From Caedimonas varicaedens (GTDB lineage Bacteria > Pseudomonadota > Alphaproteobacteria > Caedimonadales > Caedimonadaceae): DNA of 5,932 bases. The stretch lies in NCBI GenBank assembly GCA_001192655.1, contig BBVC01000119.1, forward strand, positions 1 to 5,932, given 5' to 3'. The notes under the pieces are model-generated. The model worked only from the letters and a program-made list of their open reading frames with translations, did no database searches and had not been told where the DNA came from. Below are positions 1 through 5,932 of this stretch, one piece after another. Position numbers and translations under genes: made by a program. Position 1 is the stretch's first letter, and each line of letters begins with the position of its first letter.

Positions 1-106
1 AATATAACCATTTTAAAGGTTTTTAGCTATACAACCTACAATACTCTATTGAAATAGCTAATAAAATATTGACATCTTGAACTCAAATTTTAAATGAGGG
101 AATTTT

Positions 107-125
107 AAAAAATAAGATATTTTTT
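107..125. repeat. Perfect A/T-only inverted repeat AAAAAATA-AGA-TATTTTTT (8-bp arms, 3-nt loop), 5 nt downstream of the rmuC stop; function unknown
   Basis: Read directly from the sequence: 107..114 is the exact reverse complement of 118..125. The stem contains no G/C, so it is not a canonical intrinsic terminator. Confidence 0.4.
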
Positions 126-129
126 TCTG

Positions 130-1557
130 TCATCCTGTTTCTTTTACTAAATGCAGCTCTGGTGACTGAAGATCCCGCGGCAGATGATCCAATTGCGGTA
201 AGAGGGCAATTTCATCCTGGGACGAGCTGACATTTAATTCCTTGAATCGCCGTGCGCTAGGCAATACACGACTTTCCAAAGAAGCAATCGTACTATTGTA
301 AGCCCGTACCGAGCCACCCAGAGATTGCCCCAGCTTCGCTAGATGGCTCCCCATATCCGAAAGACGTTTATAAAGTTCCCGACCCAACTGGGAAACCTCC
401 CGCGCATTGTCCGCCAGACGCTCCTGTCGCCAGCCATAGGCTACGGCATGAAGCAAGGCGATAAGCGTCGCAGGTGTTGCTAAAATGACTTTTTTTTCCA
501 CCCCAACTTCAATGAGAGAAGGGTCTTGCTCAAGAGCGGCGCTAAAAATTGTCTCTCCAGGCAAGAACATCACGACAAATTCAGGTGTCTCGCCACTTTT
601 GGATAATTGATCCCAATAGGCACGCGTGCTTAAGGACAAAATATGAGTGCGTACTTGACGGGCATGGTCTTTCAAAAAATCCTGGCGCAGCGTTTCTTCC
701 TTGGCTTCCAGAGCATCCAGATAAGCAGCCAGGGGTGCTTTGGCATCGATAATCAGCCGTTTTCCGCCTGGAAGACGGACAATCATATCCGGTCTTAATT
801 TTATTTCTTCCCCCTCTAGCGTTGTCTGCTCGATGAAATCACAATGGACGCTCATTCCACTCATCTCAACCACACGACGCAGTTGCATCTCTCCCCATCG
901 CCCCCGCACATGAGGCGTACGCAGTGCCTTGACCAGATTAGCTGTTTCTGATCGCAACTCTTTCTGTGACAGAATCAAATCACCCACTTGATGGCGAAGG
1001 ACTTCATAGGCGCTTAACCGTATTTTTTCAATCTCGCCAATTTTTTGATCCACGTTGTGAAGAGATTCCCGAATAGGACTGACAAGCTCAGAAATAGCTT
1101 TTTCCTTGAGCTGTAAATCACCCTTGGCTGTTTCGTGAAATTTCTCGAGGGTGGATTTTGCCAGATCCAGAAAAGAGCGGTTATTGCGCTCTAAAGCCTG
1201 GGCGGAAAGCGCCTGGAAAGCATTGGAGAGTTCTTGCCGCGCCTCTTCAATCACTTTAAATTTTTCTTGAAATTGCTTACGTTCCTGTCCCAGAAGAACG
1301 TCAACCTCAGCATATTTCGCACGCGCGTCTGATAGTCGCTCAAAAAGCTGATTTTTCTCTTCTGTCATGGTTTCATAGCGTTGCGCCTTATCTTCTGACA
1401 GGATAAGGCGTTCCCGCACGTTTTGCATTTCTTCATTAAGGCGGTCAAAGGTGAGTTGCGCCAAACGTTTAACACGCATAATGAAGAAAAAACCAATGCT
1501 TCCGCCCAATATAGCTCCTGTGAGGACTTGCGCCAGCTCATATTGCTGAATATTCAT
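130..1557 (-). CDS. rmuC: DNA recombination protein RmuC (membrane-anchored, coiled-coil, PD-(D/E)xK nuclease-like C-terminal domain), 475 aa
   Basis: The ORF is full length. The N-terminal hydrophobic helix AQVLTGAILGGSIGFFFIM lies at nt 1477..1533 and is followed by a long charged, coiled-coil-like segment. The RmuC core RGRWGEMQLRRVVEMSGM ... RPDMIVRLPGGKRLIIDAKAPLAAY matches my recollection of E. coli RmuC (RGNWGEVVLTRVLEASGL ... QPDVIVRLPQGKDVVIDAKMTLVAY). Its length equals that of E. coli RmuC. The ATG at 1555..1557 is preceded by GGGGAGAGAG (1567..1576), 9 nt upstream. Confidence 0.9.
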   Translation of the reverse strand: MNIQQYELAQVLTGAILGGSIGFFFIMRVKRLAQLTFDRLNEEMQNVRERLILSEDKAQRYETMTEEKNQLFERLSDARAKYAEVDVLLGQERKQFQEKFKVIEEARQELSNAFQALSAQALERNNRSFLDLAKSTLEKFHETAKGDLQLKEKAISELVSPIRESLHNVDQKIGEIEKIRLSAYEVLRHQVGDLILSQKELRSETANLVKALRTPHVRGRWGEMQLRRVVEMSGMSVHCDFIEQTTLEGEEIKLRPDMIVRLPGGKRLIIDAKAPLAAYLDALEAKEETLRQDFLKDHARQVRTHILSLSTRAYWDQLSKSGETPEFVVMFLPGETIFSAALEQDPSLIEVGVEKKVILATPATLIALLHAVAYGWRQERLADNAREVSQLGRELYKRLSDMGSHLAKLGQSLGGSVRAYNSTIASLESRVLPSARRFKELNVSSSQDEIALLPQLDHLPRDLQSPELHLVKETG

Positions 1558-1566
1558 TACCCTGAA

Positions 1567-1576
1567 CTCTCTCCCC
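1567..1576 (-). promoter_or_regulatory. Shine-Dalgarno of rmuC (GGGGAGAGAG), immediately after the hscA stop codon
   Basis: The hscA TAA is at 1577..1579. The next 10 nt on the minus strand are GGGGAGAGAG, followed by 9 nt and then the rmuC ATG. Confidence 0.6.
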
Positions 1577-3364
1577 TTACAGTTTTTTGCCTTTCAGCGC
1601 CTTACGCATAGCCTGATTCATCCGACGTTCTGCCCATGAATTTGTTACTTGCCTGAGACGTTCTGTTTTTCTTTCTATGTCATCTCGTTTAACAGAGTTT
1701 AAAACAGATATGAGTGCTTCTGCTTCTTGCTTTACTTCTATCTTTTCACTTTCTTCCAAAAGGTCACTATCATTTTTCAAGGCCTCTTTAACAGCATGAA
1801 GGAGACGTTCAGCCTCAACACGGGCTTCCCGCAAAAGACGCTCGTCCATATCCGAGCGGGCATGTGAATGGCTTTCTTCAATCATCCTGAGCAAATCTTC
1901 TTCCGTTAATCCATAACTGGGTTTTACATCGATATATTGATGAATACCTGTGGTTTGTTCTCGAGCACTTACGGTAAGAATCCCGTCGGCATCAATGGTA
2001 AACGTCACCCGAATTCTTGCCATTCCTGCTTTCATGAGGGGAATGCCCCGTAATTCAAAATGAGCCAGGGAGCGACAATCCTGCACCAACTCCCGCTCAC
2101 CCTGCACAATATGAAGACTCATTCCTGTCTGATTGTCTTGAAAAGTCGTAAAGTCCTGCCAATGGCTTGCGGGAATAGGCGAATTACGAAGAATAATTTT
2201 CTCGACCACTCCCCCGTATGTTTCCAATCCCAATGAAAGAGGAGCCACATCCAGTAAAAGTCTTTGGGAACCCTCAGTCAATGCCTCGGCCTGCAAGGCA
2301 GCTCCCAGAGCAACAACTTCATCGGGATTAATATTGGTCAGGGGAACCTGCTCAAAAAATCTCTCAACTTTTTGACGAACGAGAGGAATGCGGGTCGCTC
2401 CACCGACCAAGACAACTCCCTTGATTTGATCCAGAGAAATCTGGGCATCCCGTACGACTTGCCGACAGATTTTCAGAGTTTTATCGATTAAAGGGGAAAT
2501 AAGGAGCTCAAAATCAAGCCGTGTTATATGACCTTCAAGAAGATTATTTTTTACCTGTATAGAACCTGACCAGTTTTCATGATCTGTCAGGTATTCCTTG
2601 ATCCGGCGTGCCTGAATCAAAGCCAAACTATCTTCCGCTAACAACTCTGTTTGGGAACTCAAAAGGGTTGTGAGAAGAAGGCGATCCATATCATCGCCTC
2701 CCAATTGCGTATCACCTCCTGTGGACAGGACTTTAAAAACTTCTCCTTCCAGATTCAGGAGAGAAAGATCGAAAGTCCCTCCTCCCAGATCATAAATGGC
2801 ATAAATTCCTTGCACCCCATGTTCGAGACCATAGGCAAGAGCAGCCGCCGTTGGTTCATTAACAAGGCGCAACACCTCAAGTCCTGCCAGGCGTGCCGCA
2901 TCTCTCGTAGCTGTTCGTGCAGCATCATCAAAGTAAGCGGGAACAGTAATAACCGCTTGTGTAACGTTGTCACCCAAGTATTTTTCAGCCCGCATCTTGA
3001 GAGATCTCAAAATTTCAGCCGACGTTTCCACCGGAGTGACGTGCCTATCTCCCACATTAAAATGGTGGGTTTTCCGCCCCTGCTCACTTTTCCCCATAAA
3101 CCTTTTAAAAGAAGAAATCATCCGCTCAGGTTGTTGGACACCTTCTTCCTGAGCCATTTTGCCGACAAGAGTCTTTTCGCGGTCATAGAAAACAGTTGAA
3201 GGCAAAAGAGAAACACCCTTTTCATCTCTCAGGACTTTTGGACTACTCTGTTGAAAGACCGCAACCAACGAATGTGTAGTTCCCAAATCTATACCGATAG
3301 CGGTCGTTTTTCCTTTTTCATGAGGAAGAGGAGTTTGTCCAGGCTCAACAAGCTGAAGCAACAT
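1577..3364 (-). CDS. hscA: Fe-S cluster assembly Hsp70-type chaperone HscA, 595 aa
   Basis: The N-terminus [10 protein letters not shown]...[14 protein letters not shown] has the HscA-type signature (LLQ-x-x-EPG before the phosphate-1 motif). Also present are [23 protein letters not shown], the substrate-binding domain [48 protein letters not shown] and KPSYGLT. The C-terminus ends [13 protein letters not shown], as in E. coli HscA (RRMDQSVRRALKG). Its position after hscB supports the call. Confidence 0.95.
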   Translation of the reverse strand: MLLQLVEPGQTPLPHEKGKTTAIGIDLGTTHSLVAVFQQSSPKVLRDEKGVSLLPSTVFYDREKTLVGKMAQEEGVQQPERMISSFKRFMGKSEQGRKTHHFNVGDRHVTPVETSAEILRSLKMRAEKYLGDNVTQAVITVPAYFDDAARTATRDAARLAGLEVLRLVNEPTAAALAYGLEHGVQGIYAIYDLGGGTFDLSLLNLEGEVFKVLSTGGDTQLGGDDMDRLLLTTLLSSQTELLAEDSLALIQARRIKEYLTDHENWSGSIQVKNNLLEGHITRLDFELLISPLIDKTLKICRQVVRDAQISLDQIKGVVLVGGATRIPLVRQKVERFFEQVPLTNINPDEVVALGAALQAEALTEGSQRLLLDVAPLSLGLETYGGVVEKIILRNSPIPASHWQDFTTFQDNQTGMSLHIVQGERELVQDCRSLAHFELRGIPLMKAGMARIRVTFTIDADGILTVSAREQTTGIHQYIDVKPSYGLTEEDLLRMIEESHSHARSDMDERLLREARVEAERLLHAVKEALKNDSDLLEESEKIEVKQEAEALISVLNSVKRDDIERKTERLRQVTNSWAERRMNQAMRKALKGKKL

Positions 3365-3367
3365 TTT

Positions 3368-3880
3368 TTATCTTTCATCTCCGTCTTCAAGAGACCACAG
3401 CTTTTCCTGAGCTTCCTGGACAAATTTCTTCAAATATGTCAGACGCGCAACCAACGTATGGTTCTTCAGTGTATCTCCCACTTTAAATGTGGATTGAAGC
3501 TCGTCCAGCAACACATCCACCTTTTGGCGGGTTTCCCTTAAAAGCGGCTCTATTGCTTCAGAAGCCTCTGCTTCTTCAAGTGATTCTCGCAACGTCATGG
3601 ATTCCCTCAAAATTTCTGAAGAAGCCGAAATTTCAAAAGAAGGAGAAGAATCATGAAGTCCAAGCAAATGTTGTGCCCTTAGCAAAGGATCTTTTAAAAT
3701 GCGATAGGCTTCATTAACTCTCGCGGCTTCTTCCAAAGATTTTTTTCTTTGCTCTTCTGGTAGATGACGCTGTTGATCAGGGTGTATTTGACCAATACAG
3801 CGAATATAGGCTTTTTCCAGGTCTGGAAGAACAAGATCAAAGGCAGGCTTGATTCCCAATGTTTCATAAGCATTAAACAT
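3368..3880 (-). CDS. hscB: Fe-S cluster co-chaperone HscB (J-type), 170 aa from the ATG at 3878..3880
   Basis: The J-domain carries an HPD motif (GQIHPDQQ). The N-terminus MFNAYETLGIKPAFDL aligns with E. coli HscB MDYFTLFGLPARYQLD. GGAGA at 3889..3893 lies 8 nt upstream of this ATG. The length matches the roughly 171 aa typical of the family. The longer ORF reaching 3961 would overlap iscA by 89 nt and would add a non-homologous leader. Confidence 0.85.
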   Translation of the reverse strand: MFNAYETLGIKPAFDLVLPDLEKAYIRCIGQIHPDQQRHLPEEQRKKSLEEAARVNEAYRILKDPLLRAQHLLGLHDSSPSFEISASSEILRESMTLRESLEEAEASEAIEPLLRETRQKVDVLLDELQSTFKVGDTLKNHTLVARLTYLKKFVQEAQEKLWSLEDGDER

Positions 3881-4217
3881 GAAAGGATTCTCCACAACCA
3901 CAACGTCCTTTTTCGTTAGGATTCCTAAAAACGAATCCTGATTGAAGTTTTTCTTCAACAAAATCCATTTCGGTTCCCAGCAAAAATATCCCTGCTTTGG
4001 GATCTACCAACACCGTGACTCCGTAAGATTCTATCACTTCATCTGTAGACAAGCGTTCATCAGCATATTCCAATGTATAGGAAAGTCCGCTGCATCCTCG
4101 GCTTCGAACACCGATACGCACACCTACGGACGGTTTCTCACGAGAAGCCAGCAAATTTTTTATACGCTCAACAGCTATCGGCGTAATCGTCATGAAAGGT
4201 GGGCGTTCACGCGTCAT
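3873..4217 (-). CDS. iscA: A-type Fe-S carrier/scaffold IscA, 114 aa from the ATG at 4215..4217 (alternative start at 4191..4193 gives 106 aa)
   Basis: The three conserved cysteines are present, in RGCSGLSY and the C-terminal CGCGESFHV, which is identical to the E. coli IscA C-terminus. AGGA at 4223..4226 lies 5 nt upstream of the ATG at 4217. The downstream ATG (MTITPIAVERI) aligns best with the E. coli N-terminus MSITLSDSAAARV but has no SD. The start choice is therefore uncertain by 8 codons. Confidence 0.85.
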   Translation of the reverse strand: MTRERPPFMTITPIAVERIKNLLASREKPSVGVRIGVRSRGCSGLSYTLEYADERLSTDEVIESYGVTVLVDPKAGIFLLGTEMDFVEEKLQSGFVFRNPNEKGRCGCGESFHV

Positions 4218-4596
4218 CTGATTCCTGCTTGTTTTTATAATCCTGAATTGCGGCTTTAATGGCATCTTCAGCCAGCATTGAACAATGAATTTTTACAGGC
4301 GGCAAGGATAATTCCTGGGCAATTGCTGTATTTTTAATGGTCAGTGCTTCATCAAGGTTTTTACCTTTCACCATTTCAGTCACCAAAGAACTGGAGGCAA
4401 TGGCACTGCCGCAGCCAAAAGTTTTAAAGCGAGCATCCTGGATAATTCCATCCTTCACCCTAATTTGAAGTTTCATAACATCACCACAAGCAGGCGCTCC
4501 CACAAGACCTGTGCCCACTGACCGATCATTCTTGTCAAGCGAACCCACATTGCGGGGATTTTCATAGTGATCAATCACTTTTTGTGCATAAGCCAT
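4207..4596 (-). CDS. iscU: Fe-S cluster assembly scaffold IscU, 129 aa
   Basis: The N-terminus is the classic YAQKVIDHYENPRNVG. The cluster-ligand cysteines are present in GAPACGDVM, FGCGSAIASSS and HCSMLAEDA. The LPPVK HscA-recognition motif is intact. GGAGAGAG at 4600..4607 lies just upstream of the ATG at 4594..4596. Confidence 0.96.
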   Translation of the reverse strand: MAYAQKVIDHYENPRNVGSLDKNDRSVGTGLVGAPACGDVMKLQIRVKDGIIQDARFKTFGCGSAIASSSLVTEMVKGKNLDEALTIKNTAIAQELSLPPVKIHCSMLAEDAIKAAIQDYKNKQESDDA

Positions 4597-4599
4597 ATT

Positions 4600-4607
4600 C
4601 TCTCTCC
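4600..4607 (-). promoter_or_regulatory. Shine-Dalgarno of iscU (GGAGAGAG)
   Basis: It lies within the 16-nt iscS-iscU spacer (4597..4612), 3 nt upstream of the ATG. Confidence 0.65.
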
Positions 4608-4612
4608 AATTT

Positions 4613-5860
4613 TTAATGTGCAGCCCAATTAATCGATTTCAAATCAATGCCTTCCCGGGACATTTCCCACAAGGGACTCATCTCACGCAATCTCTTTACT
4701 TCTGCAATAATCCGCTTCATGGCGTACCTTAAATCTTCAAGAGTTGTAAAACGGCCAAATCCAATCCTCAGTGAAGTGTGCGCCAATTCTTCGTTAACGC
4801 CCAAAGCATACAGAACATAGGATGGTTCAAGGGAAGCAGAAGTACACGCCGAGCCTGACGATATCGCCAAATCCTTGAGACCCATCATAAGCCCTTCTCC
4901 CTCTACATGCGCAAAGCTGATATTAAGATTTCCGGGAACTCTGTGAATCAAACTGCCATTCAGATAAATCTCGTCAAGTTCTTGCATCAAACCTTTATAA
5001 AAATAATCGCGATAGTCAAGAAGGCGAGTATTCTCCTGCATCATTTCTTCTCCCGCAATCACACAGGCTTCTCCTAACCCGACACATAATGCAGGAGATA
5101 AAGTACCTGAGCGTAATCCCCGTTCCTGCCCCCCACCATTCATCAGTGGCACCAGCCTGACTCTGGGTTTGCGTCCCACATAAAGCGCTCCAACTCCTTT
5201 GGGGCCATAAATCTTGTGACCTGAGATGCTAAGAAGATCAATATGCATTTTCAGAACGTCCAGGGGGATCTTTCCTACCGCCTGAGCCGCATCTGTATGG
5301 AAAAATACTCCCTTTGAACGGCAAAGCTTGCCAATCTCTTCAATGGGTTGAATAACACCAATCTCATTGTTCACAGCCATAATAGAGACCAAAGCAGTTT
5401 GTTCTGTTATGGCGCTTTCCAGCTTATCAAGATCAATAATTCCATCGGGCTTCACGGGTAAATAAGTCACCCGAACTCCTTCCTGTTCAAGATGACGTGC
5501 CGTATCCAGGACGCATTTATGTTCCGTCACACAAGTAATGAGGTGATTCTTCCGATCCTGGTAAAATTTCATGACACCCTTAAGCGCAAGGTTATTTGCC
5601 TCAGTGGCGCCTGATGTAAAAACAATTTCCTTGGGATTAGCATTGATGAGATTGGCTACTTGAAGTCGTGCTTTTTCTACAGCTTCCTCAGCACTCCACC
5701 CATAAAAGTGATTACGCGAATGGGGATTGCCAAAATTTTCATAAAAATAGGGGATTATTTTCTCGACAATTCTGGGATCACAAGGCGTTGTTGCCTGGTA
5801 ATCAAGATAAATAACCCCTGAAGGGTGAGAACAGAATGTGTTTTGTATTTGAGCAGACAT
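4613..5860 (-). CDS. iscS: Cysteine desulfurase IscS (group I, PLP-dependent), 415 aa
   Basis: The motifs include YLDYQATTP and [23 protein letters not shown]. The PLP lysine is in [12 protein letters not shown] and the catalytic cysteine loop is [17 protein letters not shown]. The C-terminal tail is SPLWEM...[18 protein letters not shown] at 5865..5870 lies 4 nt upstream of the ATG at 5858..5860. Confidence 0.96.
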   Translation of the reverse strand: MSAQIQNTFCSHPSGVIYLDYQATTPCDPRIVEKIIPYFYENFGNPHSRNHFYGWSAEEAVEKARLQVANLINANPKEIVFTSGATEANNLALKGVMKFYQDRKNHLITCVTEHKCVLDTARHLEQEGVRVTYLPVKPDGIIDLDKLESAITEQTALVSIMAVNNEIGVIQPIEEIGKLCRSKGVFFHTDAAQAVGKIPLDVLKMHIDLLSISGHKIYGPKGVGALYVGRKPRVRLVPLMNGGGQERGLRSGTLSPALCVGLGEACVIAGEEMMQENTRLLDYRDYFYKGLMQELDEIYLNGSLIHRVPGNLNISFAHVEGEGLMMGLKDLAISSGSACTSASLEPSYVLYALGVNEELAHTSLRIGFGRFTTLEDLRYAMKRIIAEVKRLREMSPLWEMSREGIDLKSINWAAH

Positions 5861-5864
5861 TTTA

Positions 5865-5870
5865 CTTCCT
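5865..5870 (-). promoter_or_regulatory. Shine-Dalgarno of iscS (AGGAAG)
   Basis: Purine-rich AGGAAG lies 4 nt upstream of the iscS ATG. It abuts or overlaps the stop codon of the upstream open frame. Confidence 0.6.
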
Positions 5871-5932
5871 TAAGCCGCTATGGCTTGATGATATTCGTAA
5901 GTTTTCAGCCACGCTGTGATAAAAGAATCTAT
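5870..5932 (-). CDS. 3' end of an upstream co-oriented ORF that runs off the window (...IDSFITAWLKTYEYHQAIAA*); identity unknown, by synteny possibly iscR or a second NifS-like desulfurase
   Basis: By hand translation, the minus-strand frame starting at 5932 is open for 20 codons and ends at TAA 5870..5872, 9 nt before the iscS ATG. A second frame (...[25 protein letters not shown] 5862..5864) is also open, so the frame choice is tentative. There is too little sequence to assign a family. Confidence 0.3.
   Translation of the reverse strand: MDSFITAWLKTYEYHQAIAA

Noticed and set aside
23-61. 8-bp inverted repeat TTAGCTAT ... ATAGCTAA with a 23-nt spacer
   Set aside because: The arms are short and AT-rich with a large loop. 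No T-tract follows on either strand, so it is compatible with chance.
69-96. Plus-strand TTGACA (69..74) as a possible -35 promoter element
   Set aside because: The best -10 candidates at 16 to 17 nt spacing (TAAATG / AAATGA) are poor. A transcript from here would only run antisense into rmuC. A TTGACA hexamer is not surprising in AT-rich DNA.
1-129. Possible tRNA, small RNA or small ORF in the only intergenic stretch
   Set aside because: There is no GTTCGAAT-like T-loop or acceptor-stem complementarity. Stop codons occur in all plus-strand frames. The only minus-strand ATGs (75..73 and 11..9) lack an SD, and the one at 75..73 stops after five codons, while the one at 11..9 runs off the window after three codons and cannot be assessed further.
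549-752. Short plus-strand ORFs antisense to rmuC, hscA and hscB (549..752, 1423..1611, 2264..2491, 2967..3152, 3251..3541, 3487..3717)
   Set aside because: All are 61 to 96 aa and lie entirely or almost entirely (1423..1611 also spans the 19-nt hscA-rmuC spacer) opposite well-supported genes. They have no SD motifs and no family resemblance. Shadow ORFs of this kind are expected at this GC content.
2755-2973. Same-strand off-frame ORFs inside hscA (2755..2973) and across hscB/iscA (3694..3903)
   Set aside because: They are out of frame with strongly homologous coding sequence. Their peptides are hydrophobic or Leu/Met-rich with no motifs, and nothing indicates programmed frameshifting.
2651-3199. 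182-aa plus-strand ORF antisense to hscA
   Set aside because: It lies wholly inside the strongly conserved hscA frame. Hsp70-family genes are known to carry long spurious antisense ORFs, which have historically been mis-annotated as NAD-specific glutamate dehydrogenase. The protein has low-complexity S/R/F/I-rich composition, no SD and no recognisable motifs.
3275-3300. HscA phosphate-1 motif reads DLGTTHS instead of the DLGTTNS of E. coli HscA/DnaK
   Set aside because: This position is naturally variable across Hsp70s (for example Y in eukaryotic Hsp70). All other ATPase motifs are intact, so this is not evidence of inactivation.
3881-3961. 27-codon N-terminal extension of the hscB ORF (start at 3961)
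   Set aside because: It would overlap iscA by 89 nt, and the extension (MLKKNFNQDSFLG...) has no counterpart in HscB proteins. The internal ATG at 3880 has a good SD and gives the canonical length and N-terminal alignment.
3942-4259. 105-aa plus-strand ORF antisense to iscA
   Set aside because: It is fully embedded opposite a conserved gene, has an odd composition and has no ribosome-binding site. It is most likely a shadow ORF.
4218-4265. 16-codon N-terminal extension of the iscA ORF (start at 4265)
   Set aside because: It would overlap iscU by 59 nt with no properly spaced SD (GAAG abuts the ATG). The ATG at 4217 has AGGA at 5-nt spacing and gives a family-typical length.
1-5932. Searched for CRISPR-like spaced repeats, IS/transposon terminal repeats, integrase or toxin-antitoxin-sized ORFs, and defence-system gene pairs
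   Set aside because: None was seen. Positions 130..5932 are essentially continuous coding sequence for recognisable housekeeping proteins, leaving no unexplained coding capacity.

Overview
The window is almost entirely filled by one minus-strand gene string. This is a canonical ISC iron-sulfur cluster assembly operon, iscS-iscU-iscA-hscB-hscA, followed immediately on the same strand by rmuC. All six proteins carry their family signature motifs. Spacers are tiny (3 to 19 nt) or the genes overlap (8 and 11 nt), so this looks like a single polycistronic unit. The unit continues upstream past position 5932, because an open frame runs off the window edge and stops only 9 nt before the iscS ATG. 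The only real non-coding DNA is 1..129, which is about 22% GC by hand count and clearly more AT-rich than the coding part. I found no RNA genes, CRISPR arrays, mobile elements or long repeats, and no unassigned coding space that could hide a novel system. The one non-textbook aspect is organisation. The fdx/iscX genes that normally follow hscA are absent, and rmuC (a PD-(D/E)xK nuclease-like recombination protein) occupies that slot with a strong Shine-Dalgarno in a 19-nt spacer. IscS looks alphaproteobacterial/mitochondrial-like from memory, which suggests a compact alphaproteobacterial-type genome, but this is unverified. My overall judgement is an ordinary housekeeping region with modestly interesting gene-order features.
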